This document shows positions 58,443-64,000 of a DNA stretch of 64,000 bases, piece by piece. Positions within the stretch are counted from its first letter, which is position 1. Every line of letters starts with the position of its first letter. The notes beneath the pieces are model-generated. The model had not been told where the DNA came from, did not search any database, and saw nothing but the letters and a program-made list of their open reading frames with translations. The DNA is taken from assembly GCA_045810225.1 (NCBI GenBank), contig JBJMWI010000080.1:23-64022 (forward strand). The letters are read 5' to 3'. The position numbers were made by a program, and so were the translations under genes. This DNA is from Burkholderiales bacterium (GTDB taxonomy: Bacteria > Pseudomonadota > Gammaproteobacteria > Burkholderiales > JACQAP01).

Positions 58443-59498
58443 CTATTTCGCCTTTATTTCCGTCCAGATTTTGTTGAGCAGCTGGCGTTCTTTTTTGTTC
58501 ATGTCCTTCAGCTGTTCCAATCGCTTGGCAGACTGGGCATCCGGAAACACCGCCTTGATGGATTTTATTTCCGGTTTGATGTATTGGATGGCCTCGGCAT
58601 TCGGATTGCCGGAACCGGTAATGTTAGTCAGCGCCGCGGAGTTCTTGCCCTCCAGCATAAAATTGATGAACTGGTGAGCCAGGTCCGGACGTGGTGCCGT
58701 TTTTGCAATGACCATCGCATCCAATGCCAGCACGGCGCCTTCCTTCGGCAACGCATGGCGGATGCGGAATTTCTGCTTGGCTTCCTGCGCGCCGGCATCG
58801 GCCTGGAAAATGTCGTTCGAGTAACCGTGCACCACCCAGATGTTGCCGGTGGAAAGTTCCTTGATGTATCCCTGCGCCATGAAGGCTGCCCAGTACGGCT
58901 TGGCCTTCAGGATGACTTCCTTGGCTTGATTCCAATGTGCCGGATCGCGGTCATTTACCGAGTGACCCAGATACTTGAGTGCGGCGGCCATGACTTCCGC
59001 CTGGCTGTCCAGCACGGTGATCTTGCCTTTTATTTTTTGCAGGATCTTGGGATCGAAAATCACCGCCCAAGAGTCCACCGTGATGCCTAGTTCCTTCATC
59101 TTCTGATCGTTGTAGCCGATCAGCGTAATCGACATGGCGTAGGGAACGGAATACTTGTTGCCTGGATCGAATGGAGTATTCAGATAAGCCGGCATCAGAT
59201 TCTTGAAATTGGGCAGCTTGCTCTTGTCGAGCGGCTGCAACCAGCCGGCCTTGGCCATGCCGGCTACATAATTGGAAGTCGGCACCATCACGTCGTAGCC
59301 TTTGGCCCCCGCCGCCAGCTTGGCGACCAGTTCTTCGTTATCGCCATAGAAATCCTGCACCACTTTGCACTTGCATTGCGCCTCGAATTCCTTGACCGAT
59401 TCCGGGGCGATGTAATCGTTCCAGTTATAAAGATGCAGTTCATCTGCGGCAATTGCCGGAAGAGCGGCTAACAACAACAGGCACAACAACTTTCTCAT
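58443..59498 (-). CDS. spermidine/putrescine ABC transporter substrate-binding protein (PotD/PotF-like)
   Basis: Signal peptide, LHLYNWNDYI, NEELVAKL, GYDVMVPT and PKEGAVLALD. Confidence 0.92.
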   Translation of the reverse strand: MRKLLCLLLLAALPAIAADELHLYNWNDYIAPESVKEFEAQCKCKVVQDFYGDNEELVAKLAAGAKGYDVMVPTSNYVAGMAKAGWLQPLDKSKLPNFKNLMPAYLNTPFDPGNKYSVPYAMSITLIGYNDQKMKELGITVDSWAVIFDPKILQKIKGKITVLDSQAEVMAAALKYLGHSVNDRDPAHWNQAKEVILKAKPYWAAFMAQGYIKELSTGNIWVVHGYSNDIFQADAGAQEAKQKFRIRHALPKEGAVLALDAMVIAKTAPRPDLAHQFINFMLEGKNSAALTNITGSGNPNAEAIQYIKPEIKSIKAVFPDAQSAKRLEQLKDMNKKERQLLNKIWTEIKAK

Positions 59499-59598
59499 GG
59501 TGGTCTCCGTGATTTGGCGAAGCACGTTGTTCTTGGTCCTGCGCTAGCTTAGGCAAAGCCGGCTGGTGCGTCCAGAGCCATTGCTCCAGCGGACGCCG

Positions 59599-60372
59599 TT
59601 ATTGGCTGCGTAATGACCCGGGCGCGAGTCGCGACGCAATCAGGATCAATGCCAGCGTGAGCATCATCAGCAAGGTGGAAACGGCGTTGACTTCGGGCGT
59701 GACGGCGATTTTCACCATCGTATAGATCTGCAGTGGCAAGGTGGTCGACCCCACTCCCGCAGTAAAGAACGTAATGACGAAATCGTCGATCGAAAGCGTA
59801 AACGCCATTAGTGCGCCTGCCACTACGCCGGGCATGATCAGTGGCAGGGTAACCAGCCGAAAGGCATTCCAGGGCGTCGCTCCCAGATCGCGCGCCGCCT
59901 CGGTCAGGCTTTCATCCATGCCGGCCAGGCGCGAGCGAACGACGATGGCGACGAAACCAATGCAGAAAGCGATGTGCGACAGCACGATTGAAACCATGCC
60001 GAGCGAAATATTCAGCAGCACGAAAAAGATCAGCAGCGAAACGCCCATGAGTATTTCAGGAATCGCGATCGGCGCAAGTATCAACACGGGCAACAACCGC
60101 ATTCTGAAGCGATACATCGCATAGCCGGCCATCGTACCGAACACCGTGGATACGGCACTCGCCGTGACACCGATCAGCAGCGAATTCCAGGCCGCCTGAA
60201 GCATTTTTTCGTTATGAAAAAGTTTTTCATACCAGGCAAGCGTAAAACCAACCCATTCGGCATTGAGCCTGGAATCGTTGAAGGAATAGACCACCACGAT
60301 CGCCAGCGGCGCATAGAGAAACATATAGGCGAGGATGGCAGCCACCCAAAGAGCCAGGGCGCGCTTGTTCAT
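59599..60372 (-). CDS. polyamine ABC transporter permease (PotC-like)
   Basis: YSFNDSRL, EAARDLGATP and SIDDFVITFF; ATGA overlap with the PotB-like stop. Confidence 0.93.
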   Translation of the reverse strand: MNKRALALWVAAILAYMFLYAPLAIVVVYSFNDSRLNAEWVGFTLAWYEKLFHNEKMLQAAWNSLLIGVTASAVSTVFGTMAGYAMYRFRMRLLPVLILAPIAIPEILMGVSLLIFFVLLNISLGMVSIVLSHIAFCIGFVAIVVRSRLAGMDESLTEAARDLGATPWNAFRLVTLPLIMPGVVAGALMAFTLSIDDFVITFFTAGVGSTTLPLQIYTMVKIAVTPEVNAVSTLLMMLTLALILIASRLAPGSLRSQ

Positions 60373-61259
60373 GTGCGCGCCCGCTTCGCAATCCAGGCGG
60401 CCGCGCCGGCAAGAACCACAGCCAGGACAGTCAAGACCATCGACAGTACGCTGCCGAACGGCCAATCGCGTGTGTCCAGAAATTGTTGCTTGATGACGTT
60501 GCCGATCATGATGCCTTCGGTGCCGCCCAGAATATCCGGAATCGCAAAGATGCCAAGCGCGGGAATGAAAACCAATGCCGCACCGGCATACACTCCCGGC
60601 AGTGACAACGGAAATGTGACGCGCCAGAAACGCCGCCACGCGTTGGCGCCCAAATCCTGCGCGGCATCCAGCAAAGCCGGATCGTGCTTTTCGAGATTGG
60701 CGTACAACGGCAATACCATGAATGGCAGATGCACATAAACCAAGCCGATGATGACCGCGAAAGGCGTGTACAGCAGCGTAAGGGGTGCTAACCCAAGCCA
60801 GCCGACGATATGGTTCAGTGCGGTCACAAATACTGATTGCGGGCCAAGGATGATCATCCATGCGTACACCCGAATCAGAAAATTCGACCAGAACGGCAGG
60901 ATAACGAGCAGCACCAGCAGATCGCGATGTCTCTTGGGGCTACGCGCAATCAACATCGCCAGCGGATAAGCAATCAGCAGGCACACGAGCGTCGTGACCG
61001 CCGCGTAAGCCAGTGACTTGAGGAACAGCTCCGTATAAAGAAAATCGCCAAAGAAGCGCCCATAGTTCTCGGTGGTCAGATCGAGTGGCAGTCCACCGGA
61101 TTCTTCATTCAGAAGCGGCGCCAGCCCGCCGAACTCCCCTGGATTGCGGAAGGAGGCCAGTACCATGATGAGCACTGGTATGGCAAAGAACACGATCAGG
61201 TACGCCAGCGGCGGCCCGCTGATCAGCCACTTGTGCAGGCGGTTATGGGGTGCCGCCAT
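60369..61259 (-). CDS. polyamine ABC transporter permease (PotB-like)
   Basis: LPFWSNFLIRVYAW, DAAQDLGA and RDWPFGS. Confidence 0.93.
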   Translation of the reverse strand: MAAPHNRLHKWLISGPPLAYLIVFFAIPVLIMVLASFRNPGEFGGLAPLLNEESGGLPLDLTTENYGRFFGDFLYTELFLKSLAYAAVTTLVCLLIAYPLAMLIARSPKRHRDLLVLLVILPFWSNFLIRVYAWMIILGPQSVFVTALNHIVGWLGLAPLTLLYTPFAVIIGLVYVHLPFMVLPLYANLEKHDPALLDAAQDLGANAWRRFWRVTFPLSLPGVYAGAALVFIPALGIFAIPDILGGTEGIMIGNVIKQQFLDTRDWPFGSVLSMVLTVLAVVLAGAAAWIAKRART

Positions 61260-61263
61260 CGTT

Positions 61264-62349
61264 TCAGTCGTTCAGAAAATGGCCGGCGTCATGGCGCCAT
61301 GCAATCTGTACCTCGTCGCCCGCCTCGAAGAATTTGGTGCGACCGGCCGCCGAATTCGGCAGTAGCGCTTCAATGCGCATGCCGCCGGCGAGTTCGACGA
61401 GGTAGATCGTTACATCGCCGAGATACAGCAGATCATGCACCTTGCCGGTAAAGCGGTTGGTTTCGGGATCCAATGGAAGTTCACGCCCGCTTGCCACTTT
61501 TTCCGGTCGCAACGCCAGTGCGCCTTTCAGCCCCGGCGCATCGCCTTCCATATTCATTGCCACCACATCACCCATGCCGGATAACGCCACTGTCATGCGC
61601 TCGCCGGCACAGGCCTTGATTTGTCCCTCAAGCAAATTGCACTGGCCGATGAAGTCCGCGACGAAACGATTCTTGGGGAATCCGTAGATTTTAGAGGGCT
61701 CGTCCACCTGTTCCACTCGCCCCTGGTTCATGACCGCAATCCGGTGTGACAGGGCTAGCGCCTCGCTCTGGTCGTGGGTCACGTAAACAAACGTTATGCC
61801 GATTTCCTTTTGCAGCGCGATCAATTCCAGCTGCACGCTTTCCTTGAGCTTGGCATCCAGCGCGGCGAGCGGCTCATCCAGCAATAGCAATTTCGGGCGA
61901 TTGATCAGCGCGCGAGCTACGGCCACGCGCTGCTTCTGGCCACCAGATAATTCGTTTGGATAGCGTTTGCCGAGGCCGGTCAAACGCACGTCCTCAAGGG
62001 TTTCCTCCACACGCTGTGCGATCCGTTCCGGGTCGACATTGGCCATCTTGAGCGGAAATGCAACGTTGCTTTCCACGCTCATGTGCGGAAACAGTGCATA
62101 GCTCTGGAACACAGTGTGAACATTACGGGCTTCGGGAGGAATTCCAACCATGTCCCTGCCGTCGAGCAGGATGCTGCCACCATCCGGCACGTCGAAGCCG
62201 GCAATCATGCGCAGCAGCGTGGTTTTTCCGCAGCCGGACGGGCCCAGCAAAGTGAAGAATTCGCCCGCCTCGATGTTGAGACTGACCTGGTCGACCGCCG
62301 CGAACGTACCGAAGCGCCGCGTGACATTGCGAATTTCGAGAAGCGGCAT
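61264..62349 (-). CDS. polyamine ABC transporter ATP-binding protein (PotA-like)
   Basis: GPSGCGKTT, LSGGQKQRVAVARAL, LLLDEP, VTHDQ and a C-terminal TOBE region; start MPLLEIRNV. Confidence 0.94.
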   Translation of the reverse strand: MPLLEIRNVTRRFGTFAAVDQVSLNIEAGEFFTLLGPSGCGKTTLLRMIAGFDVPDGGSILLDGRDMVGIPPEARNVHTVFQSYALFPHMSVESNVAFPLKMANVDPERIAQRVEETLEDVRLTGLGKRYPNELSGGQKQRVAVARALINRPKLLLLDEPLAALDAKLKESVQLELIALQKEIGITFVYVTHDQSEALALSHRIAVMNQGRVEQVDEPSKIYGFPKNRFVADFIGQCNLLEGQIKACAGERMTVALSGMGDVVAMNMEGDAPGLKGALALRPEKVASGRELPLDPETNRFTGKVHDLLYLGDVTIYLVELAGGMRIEALLPNSAAGRTKFFEAGDEVQIAWRHDAGHFLND

Positions 62350-62600
62350 CCGGCCGGCCCAAGTAAACGGGCATTCTAGCAAAAGGCGCGCCTCGGGAAA
62401 CCGTGACGCGGAGTCACGATTACGCAAGAATTCGATTGAGTGGTAGTAGCAGACGGTGTCCGTCGCCGCAAACGCGATGAATGTCATTGCGGCTTTCTCG
62501 GCATTGTTGCTGTTAAAGCCGCGGCGCTCCGCCGTGAGAAAATAGCGCGTCAGCAGCCTCTCTAACCAATACGCGTGAAGCATCGTCCAGGAACTTTGCC

Positions 62601-63605
62601 ATGAGAATCGCAATCGTCGGCGCAGGAGCCATCGGCGGCTACCTGGGCGCAAAGCTCGCTGCGTCCGGCGAGGACGTGACTTTCATCGCGCGCGGGGCAA
62701 ATTTTGACGCCATCCGCCGCCACGGAATGAAGCTGATCCTGGAGGATGGCTCGGAACTGCAGGCCAGCCGGGCGCGGGCCAGCGAAAAAATCAGCGAAGC
62801 GGGCGTGCAGGATGTCGTGCTGCTGACCGTAAAGGCGCACCAGGTTTCCGCCGTCGCGCCCGAGCTGGGAACACTGTTTCATGAGCAAACCAGCGTCGTC
62901 ACCATGCAGAACGGTATCCCGTGGTGGTATTTCCAGAAACACGGAGGCGAATACGGAGGCAAACCCGTTGCAGCTGCAGACCCCGACGGCACCATCGCCC
63001 GCCATATCGACCCGGCGCGAATCATCGGTTGCGTCGTCTATCCGGCAGCGAACCTGGTCGCGCCAGGCGTCGTGCAAGTAGTGGAAGGAAACCGCTTCAC
63101 GCTCGGCGAACTCGACGGCACCAGCACCCCACGGCTTCAGGCGATCGCGGCAAGCCTGATCAAGGCCGGCTTCAAGGCGCCCATCACCCATGAAATTCGC
63201 AGCGAAATCTGGCTGAAGCTATGGGGCAATCTGAGCTTCAATCCAATCAGCGCGCTGACCCATGCAACATTGGTAGATATCTGCCAGTTTGCGCTCACGC
63301 GCGATCTCGCCACTAAGATGATGACCGAGGCCGAGACGATCGCGCAGAAGCTCGGCATCGCGTTTCGCGTCAGCATCGAGCGACGCATCGCGGGCGCGGA
63401 AAAAGTAGGTGCTCACAAAACCTCGATGCTGCAAGACATCGAACAGGGCAGGCCGATCGAGATCGAAGCACTGGTCGGTTCGGTCGTAGAACTCGGTCGC
63501 TTGACCGGCACGCCGACCCCGCATATCAGCGCGGTGTTTGCGTGCGCCAGTCTGTTGGCGAAGACATTGAACGCGCGGCACGGCCGGCTCAACGTCGCCA
63601 GCTAG
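62601..63605 (+). CDS. ketopantoate reductase family protein (PanE2-like; probable oxalyl-CoA reductase)
   Basis: IVGAGAIGG, LTVKAHQV, MQNGIPWWYF, KLWGNLSFNP and HKTSMLQD; followed by an oxalate-CoA-ligase-like gene. Confidence 0.85.
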   Translation: MRIAIVGAGAIGGYLGAKLAASGEDVTFIARGANFDAIRRHGMKLILEDGSELQASRARASEKISEAGVQDVVLLTVKAHQVSAVAPELGTLFHEQTSVVTMQNGIPWWYFQKHGGEYGGKPVAAADPDGTIARHIDPARIIGCVVYPAANLVAPGVVQVVEGNRFTLGELDGTSTPRLQAIAASLIKAGFKAPITHEIRSEIWLKLWGNLSFNPISALTHATLVDICQFALTRDLATKMMTEAETIAQKLGIAFRVSIERRIAGAEKVGAHKTSMLQDIEQGRPIEIEALVGSVVELGRLTGTPTPHISAVFACASLLAKTLNARHGRLNVAS

Positions 63606-63644
63606 ACGGCCACGATCACAACTTTATTATGCGAGGACATTAGC

Positions 63645-64000
63645 ATGAGCGCTGCTGCTGCAACCGTAATGGAATTGCTGGAACAGGGGGCCGACGATGC
63701 GACTGCGCTAAGCTCCCCTGGCGGCGCGCCGTTGTCGTACCGGTCGCTGCGCAAACTCGCAGCCGATACAGTTGCCGCGCTCAACTCGCGCGGAGTCGGC
63801 CGCAACGACCGCATTGCCATCGTGCTCGACAATGGCCCCGAAATGGCATCGGCGTTCCTGTGCGTCGCCGCCGGTGCGACTGCGGCGCCGTTGAATCCGG
63901 CATATCGTGCCGATGAGTTCGAGTTTTACCTGACCGATCTGAAGGCCAGGCTGTTAATCGTCGGCTCAGAGCTGTCCTCGCCGGCCGTCGAGGTTGCGAG
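63645..64000 (+). CDS. acyl-CoA synthetase, oxalate-CoA ligase-like (N-terminal part only; runs off the window)
   Basis: Translated by hand: MSAAAATVMELLEQGADDATALSSPGGAPLSY...RIAIVLDNGPEMASAFL...APLNPAYRADEFEFYLTDLKARLL; GAGGA RBS. Confidence 0.8.
   Translation, partial: MSAAAATVMELLEQGADDATALSSPGGAPLSYRSLRKLAADTVAALNSRGVGRNDRIAIVLDNGPEMASAFLCVAAGATAAPLNPAYRADEFEFYLTDLKARLLIVGSELSSPAVEVA

Noticed and set aside
62350-62652. N-terminal extension of the potA ORF, with faint resemblance to an IS5 transposase C-terminus (LERLLTRY...AAMTFIAFAAT)
   Set aside because: No DDE motif, terminal inverted repeats or target duplication. The region contains promoter-like signals, so potA is started at 62349.
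1-64000. rRNA, tRNA, riboswitches, transposases, integrases and prophage genes
   Set aside because: None recognised by eye. Intergenic regions are mostly under 250 nt; an Infernal/tRNAscan run would be needed to exclude small RNAs.

Overview
Gene-dense, GC-rich chromosomal window, most likely from a betaproteobacterium (inferred from gene orders such as paaI-ivd-aceK-thiolase, nadD-rsfS-rlmH-maf-rng, yggS/pilT-pilU and VanZ-ferredoxin-alpha/beta-hydrolase). About 58 CDSs are supported. No rRNA, tRNA, CRISPR array, transposase or phage genes were recognised. Bases 1-34,000 are dominated by acyl-CoA and branched-chain amino acid metabolism: a LiuR-like regulator with visible operators, ivd, aceK, thiolase, a fused IorAB, icmF and a Liv-type ABC system flanked by two acyl-CoA ligases. 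That half also holds an apparently co-transcribed run MBL hydrolase-mtnA-class II aldolase-phaC-proline-hydroxylase-like dioxygenase-COG4091 oxidoreductase. Bases 34,000-64,000 are mostly housekeeping (aceEF, nadD-rng, proC, pilTU, rlmL-like, hemJ, pot ABC) and end in a probable oxalate-utilisation cluster. The most unusual DNA-level feature is an in-frame 108-bp-period tandem repeat with palindromic cores that adds about 100 aa inside yggS. Other leads are a dynamin-like GTPase translationally coupled to yggT-yggU, an apparently exported HIRAN protein coupled to hemJ, and a candidate uncharacterised cyclic-imino-acid pathway. All calls come from motif recognition and context; no database searches were run.
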